Of a stretch of 64,000 nucleotides of DNA, positions 1 to 10,481 are shown in pieces. Location of the stretch: contig LBOO01000003.1 in the NCBI GenBank assembly GCA_000989565.1, positions 22,832-86,831 of the forward strand, read 5' to 3'. The position numbers and the translations under genes are program-made. How positions within the stretch are numbered: position 1 is the first letter of the stretch; each line of letters opens with the position of its first letter. This DNA is from Candidatus Peregrinibacteria bacterium GW2011_GWA2_33_10. GTDB lineage: Bacteria; Patescibacteriota; Gracilibacteria; UBA1369; GWC2-33-13. The notes beneath the pieces are model-generated. The model saw only the letters and a program-made list of their open reading frames with translations, was not told the origin of the DNA and made no database searches.

Positions 1-3000
1 AACGAAGAGTTTTTTTGGTATTTTTGTTTTTTAAAATTACTTGTTTTTCATGAATTTCTTCACCCGGTTCCACAACGGGTATAAAATCGCCGGGAATATC
101 ATAGGTAATATCAACAGGTCCGTCACTGGTAATATAAATTTCTTGTTGTTTTCCTTTTTTTATAATTTTAACAATACCATCTATTTCGCTTAAAATTGCA
201 GGAGATTTTGGGGTTCTGGCTTCAAATAATTCTTCAACTCTGGTTAAACCTTGTGTAATATCGCTTCCTTCAGCAACGCCTCCCATGTGGAAAGTACGCA
301 TGGTAAGTTGAGTTCCGGGTTCTCCGATACTTTGCGCGGCAATAATGCCTACAGCGGTGCCTATTTTAACTATTTTATTGGTTCCTAAGTCTTTTCCGTA
401 ACATCTTTGGCAAATGCCATTTTTTGTCTTACAGGTCATAATTGATCGAATCTGTACTTCGTTAACTTCACGTTCTTTAATAATTTTCAATTCATTATTT
501 CCAATATCTTTTTCTTTTTGCACAAGGATTTCTCCTGTTTTAGGATCAATTATGTCAGTTGCCAATATTCGACCGAATATTCTGTTTTCAAAAGCTTCTC
601 CGATTTGTTCGCTTTCTTTACGTGTTACAGTATTCATGTCCTCGGATCCGCAATCGTTTTCTTTGATAATAATATCTTGTACGGCATCAACCAATCTTCG
701 GGTCAAATATCCGGCTTCAGCTGTTTTTAAAGCTGTATCTGATTTTCCCTTGCGTCCTCCATGAGTGGCAATAAAGTATTCTAAAATGCTAAATCCTTCT
801 TTTAAATTTGATTTAATCGGAAGTTCGATTGTTTTACCTGCAGGATTAGCCACTAATCCTTTCATTCCGCATAATTGAGTAATTTGACCCCAGTTTCCGC
901 GGGCGCCTGAGCTGATCATATAAGCAATATCGTTTTGATCATCTATGGAATTTATCATTACAGTAGTAACTTTTGATTTTGTTTCACTCCAGATTTTAAT
1001 GGCATGCACATATTTTTCGTGTTCTGTCATTAAACCATTCATGTATTGATTGGTTATTTCTTTAACAACTTCAGAAGCATCATTAATGATTTTATTTTTT
1101 TCATCGGGTATAATCATATCAGAAGCGGAAATCGTAATTCCTGATTTTGTCGCGTAAATAAATCCGATTTTTTTAATCTCATCGCATAATTTTGCGGTAA
1201 TGTCTTCTTTGCCAAAGTATTCGTAGCAATCTGAAATTATATTTTTTAATACTTTTTTATCAGTTGTAATATTGTAGTATCCAAGTTCATTTGGAATGAT
1301 CTCATTGAATAAAATTCTGCCGACGGATGTTTCAGTTAATTCATTGTTGATTCGGCATTTAATTTTTTCCTGTAAATGGATTGCGCCAATGTCATAATGG
1401 TAAATCGCTTCATGGGCATCTTTAAAGCATTTGTAGGGTTCTTTTGTTTTGTCGTTAATTTTAGTTAAATAATAGCAGCCCAAAATCATATCCTGGGCAG
1501 GTATTGTGATTGGTTCACCGGCTGAAGGTTTTAATAAATTGTTTGAGGAAAGCATTATTTCTTGAGCTTCTTTTTGAGCTTGAGCTGATAGGGGAACATG
1601 CACAGCCATTTGGTCTCCATCAAAGTCCGCATTGAAAGCGGCACATACCAATGGGTGAATTTGAATAGCTTTACCTTCCACAAGTATGGGCTGAAATGCT
1701 TGAATTCCTAAGCGATGCAGCGTTGGAGCGCGATTTAAAAGTACGTGGTATCTTTTTGTCACATCTTCCAAAATATCCCAAATTTCTTTTCTGTTGGAGT
1801 TAATCAGTTTTTCTGCGTTTTTCAAGTTGTGAGCATATCCTTCTTTGATCAGTCTTCCTAAAACGAATGGTTTAAATAATTCTAAAGCCATGATTTTAGG
1901 CAAGCCACATTGATGAAGTTTTAACTGTGGTCCGACTACGATTACCGATCTGCCTGAGTAATCGACACGTTTTCCCAATAAGTTTTGACGGAATCGACCT
2001 TGTTTTCCTTTTAACATGTCTGATAATGATCGTAATTTTCTTTTATCTCCGGCCGTAAATACGGTTTTTCCTTGCCTGGCGCTATTATTCAATAAAGTAT
2101 CCACGGCTTCTTGCAGCATTCTTTTTTCATTTCTGCAAATAACTTCGGGTGCGCCAATTTCCATTAATCTTTTTAAACGATTGTTTCTATTGATTACACG
2201 TCTGTATAAATCATTTAAATCTGAAGCAGCGAAGCGACCTCCGTCAAGTTGTACCATTGGACGCAAATCAGGCGGGATTACAGGTAGAATTGTCAAGACC
2301 ATCCATTCAGGGTGAATGTTCGCTTTTAGAAAGCTTCCGGCCAGTTTCATTCTTTTGATTATTTTTTTCTGCTTTTGGCCGGTGGATTTTTTAAATTCTT
2401 CTTTTAAATCTTCAATAAGTTTGGCCAGATCCATATTTTCTATAATTCTGCGAATGGATTCAGCGCCTGTGCCGGCTTGGAAGATATGGCCGAATTTCAT
2501 GGATAAATCGCGGTATTCCAATTCGGATACAACTTTGCTGATGCTTATTAATGCTAAATCTTCTTCTGCTTGGCGCAATTGCTGTTCCAATTCTTCTATT
2601 TTTTGAGAGTAATCTTTTTCCAATTCTTGCACTTTTTCTTCTCTATTTTCCAAATTTTGTTTTTTTATTTCCTGTAAGTCGTTTTCATAATCTTTTTTAA
2701 TTTTGGCTCTGAGAACCTGATGTTCTTCAATTAATTGTTTAAAAGCTTCTTTTTTTGCTTCCTTATCAACGTTTGTAATGATGTACGCAGCAAAATATAC
2801 CACTTGTTCAATGGTTTTTATCGGCAGATCAAGCAATAAACCGATTCTGCTTGGAGTTGAGCGCAAATACCAGATGTGTGTAACCGGTACCGCCAATTTA
2901 ATATGTCCCATTCTCTCGCGGCGGACAATTGATCTGGTAACTTCGACTCCGCATTTTTCACAAATAATTCCTTTATAGCGAATTCTTTTATATTTTCCGC

Positions 3001-3211
3001 AATAACATTCCCAATTTTTTGTCGGCCCAAATATTTTTTCACAGAATAATCCTTCGCGTTCAGGTTTTTGAGTGCGATAGTTTATTGTTTCCGGTTTTTT
3101 TACTTCTCCATGCGACCAATCCAGCATTTCTTCGGGAGAAGCAATGGATATGGCTATGGCATCAAAATCGTGTCTTTTTAAATTGTTGTTAGCAGTATTA
3201 TTATTTGACAT
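1..3211 (-). CDS. rpoC: DNA-directed RNA polymerase subunit beta' (3' end runs off the window; absent from ORF track)
   Basis: Manual translation from ATG at 3211: MSNNN...[32 protein letters not shown], Zn finger CYCGKYK...CEKCGVE, catalytic [15 protein letters not shown] near 1600-1636, [13 protein letters not shown] near 290-325. Confidence 0.99.
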   Translation of the reverse strand, partial: MSNNNTANNNLKRHDFDAIAISIASPEEMLDWSHGEVKKPETINYRTQKPEREGLFCEKIFGPTKNWECYCGKYKRIRYKGIICEKCGVEVTRSIVRRERMGHIKLAVPVTHIWYLRSTPSRIGLLLDLPIKTIEQVVYFAAYIITNVDKEAKKEAFKQLIEEHQVLRAKIKKDYENDLQEIKKQNLENREEKVQELEKDYSQKIEELEQQLRQAEEDLALISISKVVSELEYRDLSMKFGHIFQAGTGAESIRRIIENMDLAKLIEDLKEEFKKSTGQKQKKIIKRMKLAGSFLKANIHPEWMVLTILPVIPPDLRPMVQLDGGRFAASDLNDLYRRVINRNNRLKRLMEIGAPEVICRNEKRMLQEAVDTLLNNSARQGKTVFTAGDKRKLRSLSDMLKGKQGRFRQNLLGKRVDYSGRSVIVVGPQLKLHQCGLPKIMALELFKPFVLGRLIKEGYAHNLKNAEKLINSNRKEIWDILEDVTKRYHVLLNRAPTLHRLGIQAFQPILVEGKAIQIHPLVCAAFNADFDGDQMAVHVPLSAQAQKEAQEIMLSSNNLLKPSAGEPITIPAQDMILGCYYLTKINDKTKEPYKCFKDAHEAIYHYDIGAIHLQEKIKCRINNELTETSVGRILFNEIIPNELGYYNITTDKKVLKNIISDCYEYFGKEDITAKLCDEIKKIGFIYATKSGITISASDMIIPDEKNKIINDASEVVKEITNQYMNGLMTEHEKYVHAIKIWSETKSKVTTVMINSIDDQNDIAYMISSGARGNWGQITQLCGMKGLVANPAGKTIELPIKSNLKEGFSILEYFIATHGGRKGKSDTALKTAEAGYLTRRLVDAVQDIIIKENDCGSEDMNTVTRKESEQIGEAFENRIFGRILATDIIDPKTGEILVQKEKDIGNNELKIIKEREVNEVQIRSIMTCKTKNGICQRCYGKDLGTNKIVKIGTAVGIIAAQSIGEPGTQLTMRTFHMGGVAEGSDITQGLTRVEELFEARTPKSPAILSEIDGIVKIIKKGKQQEIYITSDGPVDITYDIPGDFIPVVEPGEEIHEKQVILKNKNTKKTLR

Positions 3212-3240
3212 GAAATATTGAGGTTTAAGATATTATTATT

Positions 3241-3356
3241 TAAAGTGCTTTCGATAATGTTGACGAATTTTGTAAATTAAGTTTTTTCACTATCGGCAGC
3301 ACTTTAGTATGGAATAAATTTTTCGGCCCGTATTTATTTTTATTAAATACGGACCG
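3241..3356 (-). other. Two stem-loops in the ssb-rpoC intergenic region (putative processing, attenuation or regulatory RNA)
   Basis: 3241-3306: TAAAGTGCT/AGCACTTTA plus an 8-bp inner stem; 3324-3356: 13-bp stem. Each has a mismatch that becomes a G-U pair on the minus (mRNA) strand. Confidence 0.6.
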
Positions 3357-3371
3357 GATTTGTTTTTTAAT

Positions 3372-3863
3372 TTAAAGTCCTAAATCTCTATCGATAAGGC
3401 TGCCTCCTTTTGTTGTTTTTTGATTTTGAAATTCTTCATCATCGATAGGCAAGACATTTAGATCTTCTGTATCGATTTCTTCCTGATGTTCATCGGTTTC
3501 AATAATCGGCAAGTTTTCATCATCCGTTTTTGCTCTTTTTTCCAAGATAATCATATCCTGAATAATAACTTCGGTTTTGAATTTTTTTATTCCTTCAGGA
3601 GTTTCCCAGCTGCGAGTTTTTAAATATCCTTCAACGTAAATAAGTTTTCCTTTTTTTAGATATTGCTGGCATATTTCCGCTAATTTAGCCCACGCTACCA
3701 GATCATGAAATTCAGTTGAACTTTTTCTTTCCCCATTTGCTGTTATCCATTCACGGTTTGTGGCAATTCCAAATGTGGTAACTGCTTGGCCACTTGGCGC
3801 ACTTCTCATTACTGGATCTCGTGTTAGATTTCCAATGAGAATTACTTTGTTTACACTTCTCAT
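3372..3863 (-). CDS. ssb: Single-stranded DNA-binding protein
   Basis: NKVILIGNLTRDP...YLKKGKLIYVEGYLKTRSW OB fold with an acidic tail. Confidence 0.95.
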   Translation of the reverse strand: MRSVNKVILIGNLTRDPVMRSAPSGQAVTTFGIATNREWITANGERKSSTEFHDLVAWAKLAEICQQYLKKGKLIYVEGYLKTRSWETPEGIKKFKTEVIIQDMIILEKRAKTDDENLPIIETDEHQEEIDTEDLNVLPIDDEEFQNQKTTKGGSLIDRDLGL

Positions 3864-3893
3864 TTTTAGTTTGTTATGTGTTAAAAATAATTT

Positions 3894-6800
3894 TTATTCT
3901 TCTGTATATTTTTTTTCTTCTTCGTCTTCAAGAGGTGCTTCTTCAAAAAGTTCCATATCCGATGGGATTTCCTCTCCTTCATCCAAATCGAGATCATTAT
4001 CCGTAATAATACTGTCTTCCGTTTTTATATCAGCAACTTCATGGCCTAAATTTTTTTGTATTTGACGATCTTCAGAGTCTCCGGAAAATAAAGGACTGTC
4101 TTCGTGTTCGGATTCTAAAATTTCATCTTCGGTTATAACAACATCATCTTCTGAATTCATCAATTTTACTGATAATCCCAAGCTTTGTAACTCTTTAACC
4201 AATACATTAAAGCTTTCAGGAGTGCGTGGTTTTTTTATTGATTCGCCTTTTACGATTGATTCATAAGCTTTTGCTCTGCCATAAACATCATCTGATTTGA
4301 TAGTCAACATTTCTTGTAATATATGAGCGGCTCCGTAAGCTTCCAATGCCCATACTTCCATTTCTCCAAATCTTTGTCCTCCATGTTGCGCTTTTCCTCC
4401 TAATGGCTGCTGGGTTACCAAAGAGTATGGACCAACAGAGCGGGCATGTATTTTATCTTCAATTAAATGGCTTAATTTAAGAATATATGTAATTCCGACC
4501 GTAGTTTTTTTGTCGAATGGTTCGCCTGAACGGCCATCATATAATTGGATTTTTCCATCTTCAGGAAGGCCGGCTTCTTTCAATAGATCAACTATTTCAT
4601 CATTTGTTATTCCATTAAGCGCGGGACTTGCAATTTTGAATCCGAGTTTTTCGGCGGCCCATCCTAAATGAGTTTCCAAAATTTGACCAATATTCATACG
4701 GCTGGATACTCCAAGCGGATTTAAGATGATATCTACCGGTGTTCCATCCGGAAGATAAGGCATATCTTCTTCAGGAACTATGATTGAGATTACACCTTTG
4801 TTTCCATGTCTTCCCGCTACTTTATCGCCAATGGCAATTTTTCTTGTCTGAGCAACGCTAACTTTTATTTGTTTGTTTACTCCGGTGGACAATTCGTCGC
4901 CTGCTTCACGAGTGAAAATCTGTACTCCAACCACTTTCCCGCCTTCTCCTCCGGGTAGGCGCAATGATGTGTCTTTTACATCGCGGGCTTTGTCTCCGAA
5001 TATCGCCCTTAGAAGTCTTTCTTCAGCAGTTAATTCGGTTTCGCCTTTTGGAGTGATTTTTCCCACCAAAATATCTCCTTCACGGACAGTTGCTCCGATT
5101 CGGACTATTCCATCTTCATTCAAGTCTTTTAATCTGGCTTCTCCAACATTCGGTATATCTCTCGTAATAATCTCAGGTCCGAGCTTTGTGTCTCTCACAT
5201 CCATTGTGAAAACTTCTATATGTACTGAACTATAGTAACCTTTTTGAACAATACGGTCTGAAATAATAACAGCATCTTCAAGGTTGTATCCTCCCCAAAC
5301 CATATAAGCCACCAATAAATTTTGACCTAATGCCAGTTCTCCATGATCGGTTGCCGCGCCGTCTGCAATAAGATCACCTTTTTTTACAATATCACCTTTG
5401 TTTAATCTAACTCTTTGGTGGACGCATGTTGCTTGATTTGATCTTTCGTAAATATATAGATCGTAAGTCACTTTTTTACCTGAATCGTACAGAATTGTAA
5501 CACTTGAAGCATCAGCGTTTTGTACTTTTCCATTGTCTTGCGCCAAAAGTACTTGACCTGAACTTTTTGCGGCGACTTCTTCAACTCCGGTGCCGACAAC
5601 AGGAGAGGAAGGTACGATTAAAGGAACAGCTTGTCTTTGCATGTTTGAACCCATTGATGCCCTTGTGTTATCATCATGCTCCAAGAAGGGGATTAAAGAC
5701 GTGGTAACAGATATAATTTGTCTGGAAGAAACATCCATGTGAGTTATTTCTTCAGTTAGCGCTAAAAGTGCCTCATGAGCTTTTCTCGCGGGAATTCTGC
5801 TCTCAATAAATTGTTTTTTTTCATCAAGAAGAGAATTCGCCTGCGCAATTGTAATGTTTTTTTCTTCGTCCGCGTCCATGTATGAATATTCCTCAGTAGC
5901 ATAAGCTCTCACTTTAATAATAGGTTTATCTTTTTTAAGTTTCTGTAATTCTGTGATTTTTTCAGCTGTGATTATCTCACCTGCTGAAATAATATTTTTT
6001 TTGGATTTCGGATTTTCAATATTTTCCGCGCAAGTTCTTCCTTCCAACTCTTTCGGATCATTTTCAACTTCATGTTTTACTTTAAAGAAAGGAGTTTCGA
6101 TAAAACCATATTGATTGATTTTTGCGTAAGTGGCCAAATGCACAACCAAACCGATATTCGGTCCTTCAGGTGTAGCGATAGGACAAATACGTCCGTAATG
6201 AGACGGATGCACGTCGCGAACATCAAACGAAGCTCTTTCTCTTGAAAGTCCGCCCGGACCCATGGCTGATAATCTTCTTTTGTGTGCCAATTCAGATAAT
6301 GGATTGGTCTGGTCCATAAATTGAGATAATTGAGAGCTGGCGAAAAATTCTCGAAGAGCCGCAGTGATCGGGCGTGAGTTGATTAATTGTGTTGGAGTTA
6401 CTGTTTCCATATCCATAACAGTCATTCTGTCTTTAGCTATTCTGTCTGTTCTCATAAGTCCAACGCGGAATTTGTTTTGAACAAGTTCGCCAACAGCGCG
6501 TATCCGCCTGTTTGATAGATGATCTATATCGTCATATCCTTCCTCTTTATTATTTATTTTCAGTAAATGTTTGAGAATACATATTAAATCTTTAATTTGG
6601 AAAGTGTGATATTTCTTATCGTTTGGAGTGTCCAGTTTAAATCTTTTATTTAATTTATAGCGAGAAACATTGCCCATGTCATATTTTCGATAATCAAAGA
6701 ACATTGAATTAATCAAAGCTTTCGCATTTTCAGGGGTTGCCAAGTCTCCGGGGCGGATTTTTCTGTATATTGCTTTGTAAGCTTCATCAATGGTTTTCGC

Positions 6801-7517
6801 TGTATCTTTTTCCAAAGTTGCTAAAATGTAATCCATGTTGGGATTAATGTTTACATCTTCAAATAATTCCAAAATTTCTTTATCTTTAGCATATCCGAAT
6901 ATGCGAAGAAGGCTTGTTACGTATATTTTCCTCTTACGGTCTATTTTAACCGTAATGACACCTTTTTTATCGGTTTCGATTTCCAGCCACGCGCCTCTTT
7001 TTGGAATGATTTTTGCGGCTCCCATCCCAGGAGCTGCGGGATTTTCCGAGAAGAAAACTCCCGGAGAACGTACGATTTGGCTGACTATTACTCTTTCGAT
7101 CCCATTTACTATGAAAGTTCCATTAACGGTCATCAAAGGGATGCCTCCAAGGAAAATGTCTTGTTCTTTGATTTCTCCGCTTTCTTTGTTGATTAATTGG
7201 ACATGTACTTTTAAAGGCGCTTCATAGGTCATGTTTTTTAATTTGCATGTTCGAGCGTTATATTTCGGTTCTCCTATCGCATGATCCAGGAAGTGCAATT
7301 CAAGTTTTTTTCCTGAGAAATCAGTGATGGGTGAGATTTCATCCAGTAATTCTTTTAAGCCTTCCTTTAAAAACCAATCATAGGAATTGGTTTGTACTTC
7401 AATGAGGTTTGGAATGGGGAAGTTTTTTTGATTCTCGTTCAGAAATATTCTTTTATTTCCGGTGTTTTTAGTTTTAATTATTTGTTTTTTATCTTTTGAA
7501 GCAGTTTTTGTGGGCAT
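3894..7517 (-). CDS. rpoB: DNA-directed RNA polymerase subunit beta
   Basis: SQLSQFMDQTNPL, GDKVAGRHGNKG and GGQRFGEMEVWALE motifs; 1207 aa. Confidence 0.99.
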   Translation of the reverse strand: MPTKTASKDKKQIIKTKNTGNKRIFLNENQKNFPIPNLIEVQTNSYDWFLKEGLKELLDEISPITDFSGKKLELHFLDHAIGEPKYNARTCKLKNMTYEAPLKVHVQLINKESGEIKEQDIFLGGIPLMTVNGTFIVNGIERVIVSQIVRSPGVFFSENPAAPGMGAAKIIPKRGAWLEIETDKKGVITVKIDRKRKIYVTSLLRIFGYAKDKEILELFEDVNINPNMDYILATLEKDTAKTIDEAYKAIYRKIRPGDLATPENAKALINSMFFDYRKYDMGNVSRYKLNKRFKLDTPNDKKYHTFQIKDLICILKHLLKINNKEEGYDDIDHLSNRRIRAVGELVQNKFRVGLMRTDRIAKDRMTVMDMETVTPTQLINSRPITAALREFFASSQLSQFMDQTNPLSELAHKRRLSAMGPGGLSRERASFDVRDVHPSHYGRICPIATPEGPNIGLVVHLATYAKINQYGFIETPFFKVKHEVENDPKELEGRTCAENIENPKSKKNIISAGEIITAEKITELQKLKKDKPIIKVRAYATEEYSYMDADEEKNITIAQANSLLDEKKQFIESRIPARKAHEALLALTEEITHMDVSSRQIISVTTSLIPFLEHDDNTRASMGSNMQRQAVPLIVPSSPVVGTGVEEVAAKSSGQVLLAQDNGKVQNADASSVTILYDSGKKVTYDLYIYERSNQATCVHQRVRLNKGDIVKKGDLIADGAATDHGELALGQNLLVAYMVWGGYNLEDAVIISDRIVQKGYYSSVHIEVFTMDVRDTKLGPEIITRDIPNVGEARLKDLNEDGIVRIGATVREGDILVGKITPKGETELTAEERLLRAIFGDKARDVKDTSLRLPGGEGGKVVGVQIFTREAGDELSTGVNKQIKVSVAQTRKIAIGDKVAGRHGNKGVISIIVPEEDMPYLPDGTPVDIILNPLGVSSRMNIGQILETHLGWAAEKLGFKIASPALNGITNDEIVDLLKEAGLPEDGKIQLYDGRSGEPFDKKTTVGITYILKLSHLIEDKIHARSVGPYSLVTQQPLGGKAQHGGQRFGEMEVWALEAYGAAHILQEMLTIKSDDVYGRAKAYESIVKGESIKKPRTPESFNVLVKELQSLGLSVKLMNSEDDVVITEDEILESEHEDSPLFSGDSEDRQIQKNLGHEVADIKTEDSIITDNDLDLDEGEEIPSDMELFEEAPLEDEEEKKYTEE

Positions 7518-7641
7518 AATAAAAATGAGGATAATTAAGTTACTTTATTTAAATTGAGTTTTCAATCTTATAAATAGATTAGAAACTTTTGAAGCGGCTT
7601 TTTTCCTCTACGCATTCAAGTTAAGCCTAGATGTGTAATTT

Positions 7642-7669
7642 ATACTATAGAGTATTTTTTCTTTGTCAA
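7642..7669 (-). promoter_or_regulatory. Putative sigma70 promoter for rpoB
   Basis: TTGACA (7669-7664), 16-nt spacer, TAGTAT on the minus strand. Confidence 0.45.
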
Positions 7670-7676
7670 GAGAAAA

Positions 7677-7704
7677 ATTAGCGATCAGGAATTAGCAATT
7701 AGGG
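7677..7704 (+). repeat. Short tandem heptamer array (ATYAGNN), copy 1
   Basis: ATTAGCG ATCAGGA ATTAGCA ATTAGGG. Confidence 0.6.
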
Positions 7705-7705
7705 A

Positions 7706-8962
7706 TCAATTTTTCTTTAAATTAACCATTGGATTAATCCGGGCGGCTTGAATGGATGGGGTTAAGGCTGAAATAAAGCTGATTAAAAAGCTTAGAATTA
7801 ATATTGTCAGGACATTTGAGATGTTGATATTTAAATTTGGGAAATAGTTTTCTATGAGGAAATTTGAAGTGTTTTTTGTGTAAATGTTGATAATGGAGAT
7901 ATTCAAGAATCCTATGGCTAAACCGGACAATGAACCAATTAAGCCAATAACCGACACTTGTGTCATTATAAATGTATAGATGTTTTTTTTAGATGCGCCT
8001 AATATTTTGATTATGCTTATTTGGGATTTTTGTTCATTTACTAAGCTTAAAAAGCTACTTGTAATCGTAATTATTGTGATAAAACTGATTAGAATTCCGA
8101 TAATCAACAAAGTATATTTTAGGTAAGCTAAATTTTGATTGATTTCAGATAATGTTTTTTGAAGATATTCGGTTTGAAGATCGATTTTTTCAATTTTTTT
8201 CGCTGTTTGACTGGTAAACTCCGAATTGTCCACTTTTACTATTAATTCGCTTGCTTTAGGATTTTTTTCGAAATTTAATGTTTTAATTATTTCTTCCGGT
8301 ATCGCTATGCCTGTAATATTGATAATATCGGAAAATCCTACAACTCTAGCGTTCAAAGTTTTGGTGGGTGAGTCATTTAATTCCGGCAAAAGACTGGAAT
8401 AATTTAGGTGAATTTTAATTTGTTTGTTTAATAGGTAGTCTTCTTTCATATTAGGTAAGCCGTGATTTGGTCCTAAAGATAAATTGTATAGTTCTATTAT
8501 TTTTTTTGGAATAATTACCGGAATGCTTTTTTCATTTGTAACCCATGAGTCTTTAATTTTTATGTCTTTTTCAATAAGTTTGAAAGGTACGCCAAAAAGC
8601 AAACTGTCGGAGATTAATTTTTGATTAAACAATGATGCTTCCAAGGAAACCGGATTATTATATCGAATTATTGGATAAATTTCTGAAACATGATCTATGT
8701 TTTTAATTTCATTTATTTTCTCAGCGGTAATATTTGAGGTATTTTGGCCGATTTTACTAAAATTTAAAGTCACGGATGTGGGAAAAACATTGATTTGATT
8801 AAGCGGTGTTTTTTTAGAGCTTTCTTTCTGAACAGAACTTTGAACGGAATTATTAAAAGTTAAAAATGTAAATATGCTCGAAATACAGATGGTGATTGTG
8901 ATCAGGATTAAGATGAAACGGGGAAGGTAGTTTCGAATGTTTTTGAGGGCGAGGTAGAGCAT
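7706..8962 (-). CDS. ABC transporter permease, MacB/FtsX (LolC/E-like) family
   Basis: N-terminal TM, large extracytoplasmic loop, ISIIKILGASKK motif, C-terminal PSIQAARINP. Confidence 0.85.
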   Translation of the reverse strand: MLYLALKNIRNYLPRFILILITITICISSIFTFLTFNNSVQSSVQKESSKKTPLNQINVFPTSVTLNFSKIGQNTSNITAEKINEIKNIDHVSEIYPIIRYNNPVSLEASLFNQKLISDSLLFGVPFKLIEKDIKIKDSWVTNEKSIPVIIPKKIIELYNLSLGPNHGLPNMKEDYLLNKQIKIHLNYSSLLPELNDSPTKTLNARVVGFSDIINITGIAIPEEIIKTLNFEKNPKASELIVKVDNSEFTSQTAKKIEKIDLQTEYLQKTLSEINQNLAYLKYTLLIIGILISFITIITITSSFLSLVNEQKSQISIIKILGASKKNIYTFIMTQVSVIGLIGSLSGLAIGFLNISIINIYTKNTSNFLIENYFPNLNINISNVLTILILSFLISFISALTPSIQAARINPMVNLKKN

Positions 8963-8971
8963 GGGGTAGGA

Positions 8972-8999
8972 GTGAGTGATCAGTAATCAGGAATTACTG
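8972..8999 (+). repeat. Short tandem heptamer array (ATYAGNN), copy 2
   Basis: GTGAGTG ATCAGTA ATCAGGA ATTACTG. Confidence 0.5.
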
Positions 9000-9587
9000 A
9001 TTTTTTAGGTTTATAATTTTATCTGCGATTTTGGCGATTTTTTGGTCGTGGGTGGCGATTATCATTGTGAAGTTTTTTTCTTTGTGGAGTTTTTGAAGTA
9101 GTTGGATTATGCTTTTTGCGGTTTTTTCGTCCAAATTTCCGGTTGGTTCGTCGGCGAGGAGTAGTTTTGGGCGAGTGATTAAGGCGCGGCAAATGGCTGC
9201 TCTTTGTTTTTCACCTCCGGAAGTAAATGCAGGTTTGTGATTGCGGCGATGATTTAAGCCGGTTTCGTCAATGATTTGGAAATAAGGATCTTTGATTTTA
9301 TTGAATTTTAATGGCAGAAAAATGTTTTCTTCAAGAGTTAAAAAAGGCAATAATAAAAAATCTTGAAAGATAAAACCAATGCCGGAATTTTGAAAAGAAA
9401 TTATTTTTCCGCTTGTTGGTTTTTCAAAGCCGGCAATCAGATTGAGTAAAGTGGTTTTTCCGGAGCCGGACGCTCCAAAAACAGCAATAATTTCGCCTTC
9501 TTTAATATCAAGATTGATATTTTTTAAGGCAAAAAATTTTTGTTTATTATAAATATAGCTTTTACTTAAGTTCCTTATTTCCAACAC
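8994..9587 (-). CDS. ABC transporter ATP-binding protein (LolD/MacB-like)
   Basis: Walker A GASGSGKT, signature [22 protein letters not shown]. Confidence 0.93.
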   Translation of the reverse strand: MLEIRNLSKSYIYNKQKFFALKNINLDIKEGEIIAVFGASGSGKTTLLNLIAGFEKPTSGKIISFQNSGIGFIFQDFLLLPFLTLEENIFLPLKFNKIKDPYFQIIDETGLNHRRNHKPAFTSGGEKQRAAICRALITRPKLLLADEPTGNLDEKTAKSIIQLLQKLHKEKNFTMIIATHDQKIAKIADKIINLKNQ

Positions 9588-9661
9588 AAAAAAAGTTAAT
9601 TTATTTTTATTTTACCTAAGTTTTGTTTTTGAAAAAAGAGGATAAATCAGAATCAGTATGA

Positions 9662-10408
9662 TTAACTGTTTATAAAATATTTTTCATAGAATTTTTTGAT
9701 GTCCTTTAGATTTGTTTTTGCTTTTTCTGCGTCCTCGGCTTCTATATGTTTTGGATTTACTTTTATGGAGATCGCTCCTTTGTAGTTTTCTTGTTTTAAT
9801 TTTGCCAGAAAGCTTTCCATTGGAAGTACGCCTGTTTGAGGCAAATAATAGCTTTTATTTCGATACATGTTGGATAAGTGGATGTGTACCAAATAATCTT
9901 TCAAAACCGTATAAACACGGATTAGGTCTTCTTTACGCTGGGCGACTCTGGTCGTATCCAGACAAGCATGTTTAAAATTTTTTAATTCATTTAAATTATT
10001 CATTGTATATTCAGGAATAAAGCCAAGATAAGTCTTATTCGGGGCGTTTTCCAAAGCTATTGAAATACTTTCTTTCTTACGGATTAAAGGAACTTTTTTC
10101 TTTAGCCATGAGGCATATTTATGATTTAAAAGTTTTGGAGGCTGGACAATTATGATTCGGCAATTTATTTTCTTAGCCAATTCAATGGCGCTTAAAACAG
10201 TATTTATTGAAGAAACCGAGGGGGTTTGAATGGAGGTTATCGGTAGTTTATATTTTTCTTTCAGTTCAATCAAATAATCAGCGGATAGGGTATCATATTG
10301 TTTTAAATCAATCGCTAAATCAATTCCGTCAATTTCCAATTCCTTCGCGAAACGAAAAATTCTGTCTAAGCTGTATCCTTTTAAGGTGTCTGTGGATAGT
10401 GTTAACAC
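9662..10408 (-). CDS. Sugar phosphate isomerase/epimerase (xylose-isomerase-like TIM barrel)
   Basis: IALEN, CLDTT and HIHLSN pattern typical of the AP-endonuclease-2 family. Confidence 0.7.
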   Translation of the reverse strand: MLTLSTDTLKGYSLDRIFRFAKELEIDGIDLAIDLKQYDTLSADYLIELKEKYKLPITSIQTPSVSSINTVLSAIELAKKINCRIIIVQPPKLLNHKYASWLKKKVPLIRKKESISIALENAPNKTYLGFIPEYTMNNLNELKNFKHACLDTTRVAQRKEDLIRVYTVLKDYLVHIHLSNMYRNKSYYLPQTGVLPMESFLAKLKQENYKGAISIKVNPKHIEAEDAEKAKTNLKDIKKFYEKYFINS

Positions 10409-10481
10409 AAAGATAATTTAATTAATAAATTAAAATCTTTATATTTTATCAGATTTTTAAGGTATTTACAATAATAGTGCC

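Noticed and set aside
414..3042. Short ORFs in the track at 414-3042
   Set aside because: They are antisense or off-frame shadows of rpoC, which the track missed because it runs off the window.
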